Assembly (NCBI RefSeq): GCF_036321535.1
Contig: NC_087438.1
Coordinates: 2,730,001-2,794,000, forward strand
Source of the DNA: Camelus dromedarius
Lineage: Eukaryota
Direction of reading: 5' to 3'
Length of the DNA: 64,000 nucleotides
The notes below the pieces were generated by a model. That model ran no database searches, was not told the origin of the DNA, and saw nothing but the letters and a program-made list of their open reading frames with translations. Made by a program: the position numbers and the translations under genes. This document shows, one piece after another, positions 13,200 to 25,219 of this stretch (position 1 is its first letter; each line of letters opens with the position of its first letter).

Positions 13200-14230
13200 C
13201 ATTATGGGGTCCTAAAGGCGGAAGGATCACCCTGGCCTAGAGACAAGAGAAGCTTCATGGAGGACGTGCAACCATATCTCTGCCTTCAAGGAGCAAAACT
13301 CCCATGGCTGAGAGTCCAGGAGAGCCATCTTTGGGAGAAGAGTGGACACGTGTGTGGGGGACAGTGCGTGGTTTACTGCACCGTGACAGAAAGGTGGATG
13401 GGCAGGGCACCGGGGAGTTGTGTGGCTGCAGGCCAGCCAGTCAGTCCTCTGTGTGTTGAGGAGTGTGCAGGTGACCATGGAGGGACCGCAGAGGAGTTTA
13501 TGGAATGGGACAGAGATGTTCCTACCACTCAGTTTCAGGAATGGCATTTGGAAATACTGTTCCAGATGCACTAGGGTGGGTCGAACTTGACGATCATTAT
13601 AAAAGTCCAAATAAGAGAGCCTGAGAAAGGAAGGTGGTAAGGGTCAGTGGGAAGACAGGTGCAGGTCAGACACAGAGCGCAGGCAGTGGCGGTAAGGCTT
13701 GGACCCAGAGCGGGTGTAGACCAGGGGGTGTGATCCAAGATGGCGCCTGCACCTGAGCTTCCTGCGATGAAGGTCAGGGTCAGGAGGAGCTGGGAAAGTT
13801 AACCTGTTGAGTTGTGTCTGGGATATTCTGAGTCTGTGACATAGGTTTGCCATTGGGGTACAGATCTCCAAGCATGTGGTTGAGAGAGTTTGAGTCATCA
13901 CAGTAGAGGTTTTGAGGTTTCCAAGGGAGGACATTGACACGGGAGGGACAGCTGTGGGTGCTGAGGACACAGACCTCTCCAGTGCTTTCCTTGAGTTAAA
14001 GAAGTCATAGACAGCTAGTCAAAGAAGTGAAAATTGGGGCTGGCACAATGGAGAGCTCTCAGCCAGGCAAAACCTGGCGTGAGAGGACTGAAGTGAAGCC
14101 ACGGGGCTTGTCACTAGAGGGTCCCCACTAACCTTGCAAGGGAACCCCCGGCACTGGCCTTGTCCTTATACAGAAGTAAGGAGTGGATGGATATGGTGCC
14201 AATGAAGGTGGCACAGACCGATGATTCCTC
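13200..14230 (-). mobile_element. Highly diverged L2 LINE fragment(s)
   Basis: Purine-rich stretch with L2-like phrases (agaagcttcatggagg; gagagagtttgagtcatcac; gaggactgaagtgaagccacgggg). Recognised from memory of the consensus; boundaries approximate. Confidence 0.45.
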
Positions 14231-14339
14231 TAAGATGGTAGGTAGTGACAGAAGGAGGAAGGTTCTTTAAACACTGTCAGGAATGTCAGAGTACAGAAAA
14301 AGATTCTTTTAACTCCTTCTTTCCCTTAGGGATTACCGA

Positions 14340-14800
14340 CAAAATGCTTCTTTATCCTCCGCGTACTCTGCCTAACCCTGGGAATGTAGCTGGAAACAAG
14401 ACAGACCGGACCTCTTGCTTCCCGGGGCTTATGTTGTCTGGGAAGCAGATGAAAAGGGGGAACAGGTGGTGAAAGAGATAGAAACTGGAGAGTCACACTA
14501 GGCAGGTGTGGGCAAGGGTGACACCAGAGAAGAATGATGTTTGAGCTGAAAAAGATAATCTTGTGATGTCATCCTGCAGGGAGGGGACTGAAGAAAAAAC
14601 CCAGGGCAGCAGGCTGAATAAGAAAGGCTGGCCAGGGGCCGAAGGGTGGTGAGTGGGGGTCCCTGCTGGGACCTGGGTTTGGAGACAGGTCATAAAGGCC
14701 TGCATGAGGACTCGAGATTTTACTCTCAGAGCAGCAGTGACCATCAGATGCTTTAGGAAGGGGAAAGGCATGTCTCACTTACATACGTAAAATAGCTCTC
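14340..14800 (-). mobile_element. L2 LINE 3' fragment
   Basis: aacaagacagac...cttcccggggcttatg...tgtttgagctga...gattttactctcagagcagcagtgaccatcagatgctttaggaagggg follows the antisense L2 3' consensus order. Confidence 0.65.
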
Positions 14801-14804
14801 AGCT

Positions 14805-15132
14805 TGCACCACCGTCCTCTCTCCAGATGCCAGGCGTCGGCTTCTCCTCTCCATGGAGGTCGGGAGACAGTGAGTCAGGGATGACCCACCACTTTGCATG
14901 GAGACTTGGTGAGGGCGGGTCTGTGCTGGAGAGGAGACTGGAGGTGCAGGTGCAAAGGGACTGGGAAAGTGTGAGCTCCCCCAGCCCATCTCTGGCCCCC
15001 AGACATTCCAGGAGGCCTTGAGGCATGCCTGCTTTTTCCTACCCACTCCTGGCTTCGAACCTTCACTCTAGGTTGCTCTCTGAAGCTCCTCTTTTACAGA
15101 AGAACCCCTCTTTTTTTCCCATCCCCACCCCA
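14805..15132 (+). repeat. Copy 1 of a local ~300-bp direct duplication
   Basis: Aligns by eye with 18490-18810 through long identical runs (cttggtgagggcgggtctgtgctggag; ctggaggtgcaggtgcaaagggact; gtgagctcccccagccca; tctggcccccagacattcc; acccactcctggcttc; ttttacagaagaacc). Confidence 0.92.
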
Positions 15133-15769
15133 TGCCGGGGACCAGTTTGGGGATGGTTGCCAGGAGAGGGGCAAGTGTAGAAGCTGGGAACTCAGTCAGG
15201 AGTCCACGCCGAGTCTTGGTGGGAAATGGCGGCACCTGGAAACATATAATGACTCCATATGGGGACTAATACCCTTGAGGTGGTGCTTGGTCTCAGAGAA
15301 GAGGCCAAACCAGCAGAACTCAAAAAGGAGTAGACGGGGGGTAGGAGGAAAGTCAGGAGAGCAAGGCGTCTGAGAAGTCAGAGCAGACGGACGCCTCCTG
15401 AGGAAGAGGCTGGTCGGCAGTTCCGGTGCTCGGCAGAGGGCGGGCAGGGCGTGGGCAGGGCAGTGTCCTCCGCCAGCCCCGGCAGCGGGGCCCGGACGAG
15501 GCCGGTGAGGCTGGAGTCTGACTGGAGCGTGCCAGGGACAGGGGAGCGGCGGCGCATGAGATGTGCTGAGAAGCTGGTCGGTGGCTGACAGGAGACGACA
15601 CAGGCACACGCTTCCCTGAGCGACAGCACTGACGCGCCTGCGTGGGTGAATTAGGGTTGTCTGGAAAACACAGAGGGTTCAGTGGCGCCAGGGAAGGAAA
15701 GATCTCCAAAAATAGCTCGAGTGACTGGTCTTGGATGCTAGAGACTTACTGTGTCATGCATAGGTTTTT

Positions 15770-16364
15770 TTTTTAACATTTAGTAATTTTTTAGACGCTT
15801 AGAGTACATTTAGACGCATGGAAAAGCTGCAGGAATACCGCAGCGAGCTCCCTGGACCTGGAGCCCAGGTGCCCTCGTGCTCAGTTCACCGCGGTGCACT
15901 TGTCCCAGGCAGCGAATAGCGCGGGCACCTCGTCACGCTGCGCTTGCGCTTCCTGAGCTTTCCCTGCTCTCCTTTCTCTGCTCCAGGGGCCCATCCAGAA
16001 CAGCACGTTGTATGCAAAGGCGTCGCGCTTCTTGGGCTCCTCTTGGCCGTCTCTCAGACTTCACTTGGTTTTGCCGACCTTGGCGGTTTCGGGGGCTTCT
16101 GTTCAAGGGCTTCGCGGCGTGTCCCTCAGCGGGGACTTGTCTGCTGTTCTGTCGCGACTATCCATGACTGGGGTCGTGGGTTCTCGGGCGGAAGACCACC
16201 CAGGAAAAGTGCCGCTTTCATCACGCCGTATCAGGGGGAGGTCCTGTCAACACGGCTCGTCGCTGTTGGTACTGACTCTGAGTACAGGCTGAGGCCCTGC
16301 TTGTCAGGGTTCTCCTCGGTAGAGTTACTCCCCCGCCCTCCTTCCACACTGTGATTTCTGGAAA
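15770..16364 (-). mobile_element. Ancient L1 (L1MC/L1MD-like) 3' UTR fragment, part 1; strongly GC-shifted
   Basis: The order of motifs (T-tail, gaaaagctgcagga, tttctctgctccagg, tgtccctcagcgggg, gactggggtcgtggg, tatcaggggg, gagttact) follows the L1MC/MD 3' UTR as I recall it. It continues on the far side of the LTR. Confidence 0.7.
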
Positions 16365-16876
16365 TGCAACAGGGAAGAACAAATCTGACTCCACGTTAGA
16401 TCTGTTCCTTGAGTTCTAACCCTGCGCTCCGTTTCCTGGGCTCAGACACGCTGGTTCTGCACCTTTCGTAGCAGGATGTTGCCTAGAGCCTGGAACACAC
16501 AGGGCAGCCCACTCTCACGGCACTGACCTGAAAGGGTAGAACACTTTTCCATTCGTATAGAGATGAAAAGTTGCAGAACAGAAAGTAACATTTGTCATGT
16601 TGGAGGTTTACAGGAACATCATGACCTGACTCACGTGGACGGCTGCAAGAACAAAGGATTCCAACACCAAGAAGTTTTCACCAACCAACCACACCCTCTC
16701 CCCTTTTAGTATAAAAGGAGCCTGAGTTTTTACTTGGGAAATGTAGTTCTCTAGGACATGAGTCCTCCATCTTCTCTGTCTGCTGGCTTTCTGAATAAAG
16801 TCATTATTCCTTCCCCAGTGCCTCCTGATTTATTGCCTGTTGTGCAGTGAACAGAATGAGTCTGGACTCGGTAACA
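16365..16876 (+). mobile_element. ERV1-class (MER41/MER4-group-like) solo LTR, 512 bp
   Basis: Starts TG and ends GGTAACA. Near-perfect 4-bp target-site duplication GAAA (16361-16364) / GAAG (16877-16880). TATAAAA at 16710-16716 and AATAAA at 16794-16799. Interrupts the older L1. Confidence 0.85.
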
Positions 16877-16995
16877 GAAGGAAGTCAGGATGCAGAGCTC
16901 ACTGTGAAGAAGAGGGAGTTATACTCCAAACTTCCAGGGGCAGAACATCTACACAAGAAAGTATCTGAAATTCCTCTATGCAGGAGACTTTTCTA
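16877..16995 (-). mobile_element. Ancient L1 3' UTR fragment, part 2 (continuation after the LTR)
   Basis: gaaggaagtcag...aaggggagttatactcc...catctacacaag...tgaaattcctct continues the same L1 consensus. Confidence 0.6.
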
Positions 16996-18461
16996 TTTTT
17001 TGATGGGAGAGAATTTTATGAGAAAAGAAAGCAAGTTAAAGGACATCATAGTGCATAGTCTGCCTTTTCGTTACGGGCCAGCTCACCAGCAGCACCAAGG
17101 AGGGCTATGAGGTGGAGATGGACTTGGGTGCTGGAGAGGATGTGAAACAGGCAATATCCCCTCGACTAGAGATTAAGCTTTCTAAAAAGGTTAAGTTTTC
17201 TAAAATGTCTTAAGTAATATCAAGGTTATAATTATGTCTCCAGGAACCAAAATACATTCAGATAAGTAAAAAAAAAATAAATAAATAGCGTATTTGCATG
17301 TGTTGTAACAAAAGAAACCACTCCCCATTATTTTTCCTGAAAGATGAGATGGGCAACGTCTAATCTTCCATAGCTGTGCGTTTCACAAACTAGAACGGTT
17401 CTACGATAGAACTGAGTGAAAAGGATCATTTGTTACAATCAATTTTTCTTAAGATGAGTTCTCCCTTTGTCTGGGGTTTGACATATCAAAGAGAATTTAG
17501 TCAAAATCTCAGAGTTTGTGTTTCATATATAACATATTTGTATGTGCACCCAGAATATCCCGTATGGTCACTAAATCTCCCTTCAGCTGTATTTGTATTA
17601 TTGGTGATAACAACCCATCTTCAGAAGAACAGGAAGATCACCCCATGGTTCCGCTTTGTCTCGGTTTTTCAGACTGGTTGGATCTAGCACTTTTTCCTCG
17701 GGAATTGATAATTCGGTCTTTTTTTTTCAAAGTTGACTTGAGTGCAGGAATCAGTGACGTTTCAAAAGTCTCATGAATCTCCTTAGTTTACCCTCCCTTG
17801 GGATCCCATGGGGAACGGCTGGGCTCAGGGTGCAATGGCTCTCTTGTTGCCGTGGACACGTGTCTTGTTCCACGAGTCACTGAAGTGTCTGCCCACCTGA
17901 CCCTGCAACAGAGATAAAGAACTAGGACCCCTTCCCAGCGTAAGGGTGGCTTCTCTCATGTTAACAACTGTCCCATTCAACGCTGCTCTCTGCAGTTATG
18001 GGCAACGCCAGTCCCTCTCTGGGGCCGAGTGTCACCATCAAATCTGCCATCAGCGCGTTTGGAGCTCTGGGCCTTCCCGAGCACTACCCTCCTGAGCCTG
18101 GACTCACCGGGGGCTGCTTCTCATGTAGCTGGAGGGGAGAGGGTGGGGACAGTATGGCACTAGGGGTCTCTCTCCGCTCTCCACTGGGACGTTTGGAATA
18201 GCATCGTGACTTGGAGGCAGTGAAGGCTCCCCTTCAGGAGTTAGAAATGCTAGGTGTGGGGGCAGCCGCGCAGAGGCTGGACACCAGGTAATTCTTACAT
18301 AATCTGGAAGCTTGAGACACTATGCTTGTCTCAAGTCTGAAAACTGGTTCTTAGGCTCTGATGGAATGAATGCCCCGGGCGTTCGCTAGGTAATGAAAGG
18401 AAGTCAGACCCCTGTGGGCTCACCTCCTCTGCTCTGTGACGGTGAACAAAGCCCCAGCACG

Positions 18462-18514
18462 TCTGCACCCAGCATCCTCCCTCTTGGCTCTGCACCCAGC
18501 ATCCTCCCTCTTGG
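18462..18514. repeat. 27-bp tandem duplication TCTGCACCCAGCATCCTCCCTCTTGG(C) x2
   Basis: Read directly; lies at the left edge of duplication copy 2. Confidence 0.9.
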
Positions 18515-18810
18515 TGCCCAGCCTCTCCATGGAGACAGTGAGTCAGAGTTTGTCCGCTACTTTGCTTGGAGGCCTTGGTGAGGGCGGGTCTGTGCTGGAG
18601 GGGAGCCTGGAGGTGCAGGTGCAAAGGGACTAGGAAAGCTGGAAGGGGTGAGCTCCCCCAGCCCACCTCTGGCCCCCAGACATTCCCGGAGGCCTTGAAG
18701 TCATGCCTGCTTCTTCTTACCCACTCCTGGCTTCAAACCTTCATTCTAGATCATTCTTTGGAGTTCACGTTTTACAGAAGAACCGCTTCCTCGCCCCAAC
18801 CCCCACCCCA
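18490..18810 (+). repeat. Copy 2 of the local ~300-bp direct duplication
   Basis: See 14805-15132. Confidence 0.92.
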
Positions 18811-19419
18811 AAGACTTCACAGGTGATCGTCTGATTTTAAAAGCCAGACGAGGTGGCAATGTTCATCTGTGGGATTCCCTCCACCCCCATTTCATGTGAA
18901 TTTCCCCTTCTGTCACAGCACAGCTGGGAGAGGCGGGCAAGCCAGGAGTTTTGTCCAGAACAGTTTTCATATTTAGATCTTGAACTTCTCAGCCAACGGA
19001 TTGTCTGTGTGTTACTCCTCAGTCCTTACGTTACACCATCTCACTTTTTAAAAACACTCACAGAGAGAGGTTTATTTGGGGGAGAGCAAGAACAGCAACT
19101 GAGAAACCTTCAAAAATAAAAGCAAACCATCCAAGAAGTAAAAGAGAAGGCAGAGCAAAGAGACCTTGAAAAGCGCATGGCTGGGAAGACAGCTCGTGGA
19201 CACGGACACGCCCACACTGCCCTGAGGTTTGGGAGAGGATTTAGAATAAAAGTAACTTCACGTTTCCTGCTGAATGGATTTATTCTGCTTTTCTCTCCCA
19301 GTGTTTTATCTCTGGAATCTTAAAGTCCCAGGGGTGCTCTTCTCCTAGGAATCCTCACTCATCACCTGAAGGGGGGCGGACTAGAGGCTGGCCCAGCGGC
19401 AGCCACCAGTTGCCCCTGC

Positions 19420-19870
19420 AAGCCAGCTAATTAGGCGATTAAGTCATCAGGGAGAGGCACGCCTCTGAAGGCTTCAGCTCAGCCACTCCAGGAGGATAAA
19501 GAGGGAACCCGGCTTTCTTCCCACTGGCCTCCCTGTAACCTGAAACGGCGATTAATCCGTTTAACTCAGCCCGACTTTTTGTTGTTGTTGTTGTTTCTTT
19601 TGGGTAGAAAATGAGAAACCAAATCCGGGAAGCTTTTCAGGAATAGCCTTTGAACAAAGTGGACTAATAACAAATGCCTCTTTTTCCGGGTACCTTGTGA
19701 AGAGCCCGACTTCAATAGCCAAAGGCCAGAGGGACTTCGTGAGCGGCCCAGGGCAGAAGCACAATGGAGACTTGGATTTAGGGATTTGCCTGTTAGATCC
19801 TTAGCCCGATTAGTAATCCGATGCCTTTTGATGCGGGACTTCTCAGGCACACCTTTTGTCTTTGCTAAAT
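19420..19870. promoter_or_regulatory. Candidate enhancer: cluster of K50-homeodomain (TAATCC/GATTA) and SOX-like motifs
   Basis: TAATTA 19428; GATTA 19437; GATTAATCC 19550; GGATTT 19774 and 19782; GATTA 19808 with TAATCC 19814; ACAATGG 19761; no recognisable repeat. Confidence 0.45.
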
Positions 19871-20939
19871 GAAAGGATGGCATTTTGTGTTGTGTCTTCT
19901 CCCAGGTGACTCTCTGGGGCTCCACAGAGGTAGCGCGAAGCCCTGGCACAAAGAGGTGCTTCCTGCTCTTCCTCCCTCCTGGCACAGCAAACCCAGCTGT
20001 CTGCCTCTTCATCTTTGGGACGGATCCTCCGTCAGAAAGAAGAGGAGGCGGAGGGGGAGGAAGAGGAGGAGGGGAGAAAGGAAAATGTGGGTTTTTTAAA
20101 GAAGAACATTATATTATGAAAATGAAAACAGCAAATATGACAATAAACCAAGCTGAGTTTGAAAGTTCATTGGTCTTAACAAGCTGGTAACGACCAGCAT
20201 GTAAATATTTATGAATCCCCGATATCCTCAACAGTGAGGTGACACGTCGCAGAGCATGCGAGTGACTGTTGAAGAGACGTCTCGCCCCTCTCAGGCAGAG
20301 GGACCTTCAGGGCTGAGACCCCATCAGCGAGCCCTCCTGCACCGTCCTCCTCGCAGGCCCCACGGGCTGATGGTGCATTTGCTACCTAAGTAAGTGCCAA
20401 GATGAAAAGGTGTCGAGGCTTCTCTAAAGCCCGACCTCTGTTCAGATGGACGTGATGCTCATCAGGTGCCCTTTGTCCTGCACTTTGCAGCTGATGGGGG
20501 ACAAGGGTCAAAGGCTGATCATGGGGCCAGAAGGAGCAAAAGATGGGGTGGGGAAGACAGCCCACTGGGCACCAGCTCAGAGATGCCCATGTGAAACACT
20601 CCCCTCACCCCCCCAACACAGACCACAGACATAAATTCAGAAACAAAAGCATGATCTTGGGTCAGAAGTTGTGTCTTTGTTCATTACTGTTCAGGTTAAC
20701 GCTGTTTCCATGTTTAAACACGACCGCCTGCCTCTCTCCTGGGCTGGCAGCATCATGGGATTCACACGCTCAGTGCTGGCATGTGATGATGCCTCAGTGG
20801 CTTTAATAAGTGTGACATGTGGCACCGGGTGGTTTTCCAAAAGTGCGTTTTTGCCCCACGTCCTCAGAAGCATCGTGTTTACACGAGTACTAGGAACGCA
20901 GTCCTGGGCAAGTGCCAAGCCAACACAGTCCTCTCAGAC

Positions 20940-21740
20940 CCGCCAGGTCAGGTCCCCCACGTACAGCTTTTACCCTGGGGCCCCGCGGACACCTGGGCCA
21001 CTTCCAAGGCCCGACCCGACCTCCCTGAGGAGCCAGCACCACCAGGTGCGGCCGCCAAGTGGCAACCGCAGCCGAGGTTGCCCTGTTGTCACTTCTTTTA
21101 GTCTAATATTTCATTTCTGCCTTTTGAAGCACGGAGCACCGAGCAGCTCGCTGAGGCAGAGGCAATCGCTGTCGCAGCTCGGCAGGAGGTGACCGAGGAA
21201 AGGAGCGCCGCTGCTTCCCGGAGAAGACTCTCCAGGAAACAAGGGCGGACCCCTGACAGCACGCCCCGCGGCCACATCTGCCCGCGCCCCCAGGGCGCCC
21301 CCAGGGCGGCCCGAGGACCTCGCTGGAAGGGTGCTCAGAGGGGCCGTTTCTCCTTTCTCAGCCTCCCCTTGCATTTTCTTATTTTTGTTTTTTCCCTCCT
21401 TTCCTTCCTATTGTTTTTTCCATTTTTCCCTCTTTTCTCCTTTATTAATTAATTTGGTTTTATTACTTTATGATTTCCCCCTTTCTGCGCATGATCCTGT
21501 CCGACCGCACACGGCTGTCCCCGTCTCACTCACTCCGCCGAGTCGGCGCCCAGCCGCGTGCTCGGGGCCTGCGGGCGCTCGGGGGCTGTTGGCGGGAGGA
21601 GCGCCCCGCCCCGGTGCTGCGGTGGCGGCCGGCCGCTCACCCTCCCTCGGGTCGTTTTCTCCGTCCTTCGCCCTTGACCCCCCTTTCACCACCCCTGCAT
21701 CTGTGCCGGGCCAGGGTGCCTGGTGCTGGCCGTTGTCTGA
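20940..21740. promoter_or_regulatory. CpG-island-like region with no gene identified
   Basis: Very high GC and dense CpG, especially 21140-21330 and 21490-21720. An internal pyrimidine/AT-rich spacer lies at 21350-21480. No repeat recognised. Confidence 0.7.
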
Positions 21741-24700
21741 CAGTGAGATTTCAAGGGCTAGATGTAATTTCCTTAATACATTAAGGAATCCCCTAAGAGA
21801 CGAATCCAACAAAAGCTATAGAGAACCTCTCATGACCCCACCAGGAAGTAGGTCCTGGAGTTGAAAAGCACTGTTGCCACCTTGGGGTCCCAGTCGGAGC
21901 AGCCGTGGGGACAGAGCAGGCTAAGCCAGGCCCCCTCGGATGCAGGCTGCGCGGGAGATGGGGAGGCATCGGGGCTGGACCTGTTTAGGCAGGTGAAGTT
22001 CAGGTGTAATCGTTAGGGAGGTTTGGTGTGAGAGCTACAAAGATTTCAACTGTGTGAATATGATGATAGGTGTTGAAAACCAAGAAGCATCAGTCACACA
22101 ATTTCCTCCCACCTGACCCTCCCTTTCTTCAAAAGTGAGCTTAAAGGATGACAAACATCAGTTAAATAATATTACACCTTAAAAACATTCGACAGAGCAC
22201 TGTTCAAAGAAACACGGACACAGAGGTCCACGCGGATGCTGTACTCTGAATTGCATTAACATCCGTCCCCCTTTATAGGGTTTCATAAGGGAATCTCTCT
22301 AGATTCACCTCGGCCCCTCCTGTTTTTATATTAGTCCAAAAGACAGAAGAACAGAGACTAATTAGTAAGGAGCGCTGTTATCCTCTTTTTTTTTATTTCA
22401 ATCAAAAGGGAATGAGGCCCTCCACTGCCCACAAGTGAAGTAACTATCATGTTTCTCCCTTTTCCCTGATCACTGAATTGAAATCTGCATAAACTAATGT
22501 ACCTTCTAGGCTGCCTTCAATGTTCAGATACGCGTCTATCTCAGTTACCTCTTGTTGAGAGTTTACAATTATGAGACAAGAAAGGCTTTTAAGATGCCTT
22601 AAAGGTACATCACACACACACCCAGACACATGTGCACACACACTCTACAGACGTGTTGAATGTTGAGCGCCTCCTCCACCCACTCTATGCACCTAGTGTG
22701 GTGTGTGAAGCCAACCCAGTAAAGCTGCTCCGTGTAAGTAATAGTCAGAGAAGCAGTGATGTTCCCAGGTCCTTTCCCTGCTCCTCTCAATAGGATGACT
22801 GCCTTCCCAGCAAATAGGTGGCCCTCCAAGGACCATGGGCAGGATGCAGGCAGGTCTTCATGGAGAGTGCCTCTGACGTCCTCACTGGGTGGTGAGGAAT
22901 CGCTTAAGATTGCACAGACATCCGTCTATATATGAATACAGACCCTTTGGCATCGAAACTCCAGCTGACATACTAGCCTACTTGCTGTCTGATCGTCAAC
23001 ATAATTCTGAATCACTTCTGGCCACTGGAAGTTATTTATCACACCACAGGCTCAGGCTGATTTTCCTAACTCCACTGTCCATCCTGCCTCCCTGATCTTG
23101 TGATCTGGGGACAGGTTGAAATGTACCAGGGTTTGTCTATGTTTCGTACTAGCCGATGTCCCATGCTTAACTGAATGACTTGCCTAGGGAGAGAGTTTCT
23201 CTCGAAAGCCAGCTGAGAGATCTAGACAGAGAGAAGTTTGGTTTCGGGCTGGGGTCTTGCACAGCCACGAATTAGATGCAGTGCTTTGTAGCTGTGGATT
23301 TTCTGTTGTTTAATTAAGGAAATTGGCAGGTTTTCCTGTCTTTAGGTGCTTGACCTGCCTAATGGTTTTCCATGCATGAATAATTCCCTGGTATGGGGCC
23401 TAACTGTGCTGCAAATTTTGAAGTCAGTTGATGACAAGTTACCCTATATCCTGGTGTTCTACCCAGTACAGAGACCATCCTGGAGACTTCAAGGATGGTT
23501 AAACTCACATTTGGCCGACCAGTGACCAAAGCCACTTCAATCCTTTAGCTCACTGCCTGAGGCCGGGCAAGTCTTTATTTTCTTTCTTTATTTAAAAATT
23601 TTAGCATTTTCTTTGGACAGGGATCCTAAAACATCTTGAATTTTAAAATGTTATATTGTGAAGAAGATGTAAAATTATTGGAAAATCAGTTTCCTTTGAG
23701 GCGCTCATTTGGATTCCTGAATTGTGTGTTGGTTGTTTGTCTTGGTAGATATTAATCACCTTAATGGTGCCTGCGTGACCTCCCCCCATCACAGTGTGTG
23801 ACAATGACAGCCGTCTTTGGATGCCTTCTGCCAAACATTCAGGCATCTATTTGCATCCATTCTTTTTGACCTCAGCTAAAACACACTTCCACTGTGTTGG
23901 TGACAAGGAGCACATTGTTCCTTTCATCTGCTGTTGGGGAACATTTATGGGGTTGGTTTTGATGGAGTATTTTGTGCTGCAGACTTTGTTTGGGAGCTGA
24001 TACCTGGGTGTGCAAATGCAGGGATAGCTTTGTGGCTCCAGGGAGCACGCACGTTTTCACTGAATTAAATGTATGTTCTCGAAATGTGGAAAAAGTGAGA
24101 TTGGTTGCTGTTTTCATTGGTGGAAGGCAAGTTCCATGACCCTCGGCTCTTCCACCACCAGCCCAGGCGGTCTGTCCAGGTGAGCTTAGCCATCACACAC
24201 CTTCCCCAGACAGGGAACTGAAGAGGTGCTGAGTGCTTACGAGCAGTGCATTTTCCAGAAAACTTTGCTTGTTGTTTCACTAAGAAATAAATACAGAACA
24301 GTTTGCTTTTTAAGTTTGTTTTATGCATTTGATTTGCCCTTGGATGTTTAACAGTTATATATATACATATCATCTTATGTAGTTGTTCTAAACTACAAAG
24401 TACTGTTAACTCTGTTTTAGAAATTGCAGATTTTACTCAAAGTGGAAAGAAGGCATTTATATTTTCATTGTGGCTCTATTATGGTGATGTGGAAATGAGG
24501 AACTAATGTTGGATCTGTTGCTTCCATCCAGCAATAGCACCACTGTGCTGCAGCCCAAGTGTGCTTTCCGGATGAGCTGACTTTCCTGGTCAGTGTTACC
24601 AGGAGGGGGTCCTAGAGACCCAAAGCCAGGAAGCTAGGCTGACCCATTACTCCAACTGAACCCTAAGTTGGAAGGCTCTCACGAGTATTTGGAAAGTTGA

Positions 24701-24853
24701 ATCTCTTTCTCTTCTTTTTAATTTTATTCTACTAAATATGAAGATGATGCTGGAATATTGTTTTATTTTCACTTGAGAGTATGTCTAAAATTCCAAAAGT
24801 AATAAAATTGCACATTAAAACAGTCACAGTGGTTAGAATGATTATACATAGAA

Positions 24854-25076
24854 CAGGGTTTAGCAAACTCTGTCCCTTGGGCCAAGTCCTGTCTGCAGCC
24901 TGTTTTGTAAATAAAGTTCTATTGAGACACAGTCAGGTCCATTCACTTATGTATTTCCTGAGGCTTCTTTGTGCTTGGGTGATGGCAGAGTTGAGCAGTT
25001 GTGACAGACTGCACTCCCCGAAAAAATATAAAAAAATTGCACTCAAGCCCTTCACAAAAAAGCTTACTGACTCCTG
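24854..25076 (+). mobile_element. MER58A-like hAT-Charlie DNA transposon
   Basis: Ends cagggtttagcaaact ... gcttactgactcctg; internal gcctgttttgtaaataaagttctattg and ggcagagttgagcagttgtgacag are typical of MER58A. Confidence 0.85.
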
Positions 25077-25219
25077 CTTTAGATTAGATCAGCTCTAACC
25101 TACTTATGCACAAATTACACAGTTTAGGTCTAGAGTTGTTAGCTAACCCCTTTCCCACCTTCCAGTACCTCAGATGATTTTTTTTTTTACCATGGAGATG
25201 CACGTAAATAAGATACAAG

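Noticed and set aside
16355..16364. STAT GAS site at the LTR edge
   Set aside because: TTC-TG-GAA has a 2-nt spacer rather than 3, and lies outside the LTR.
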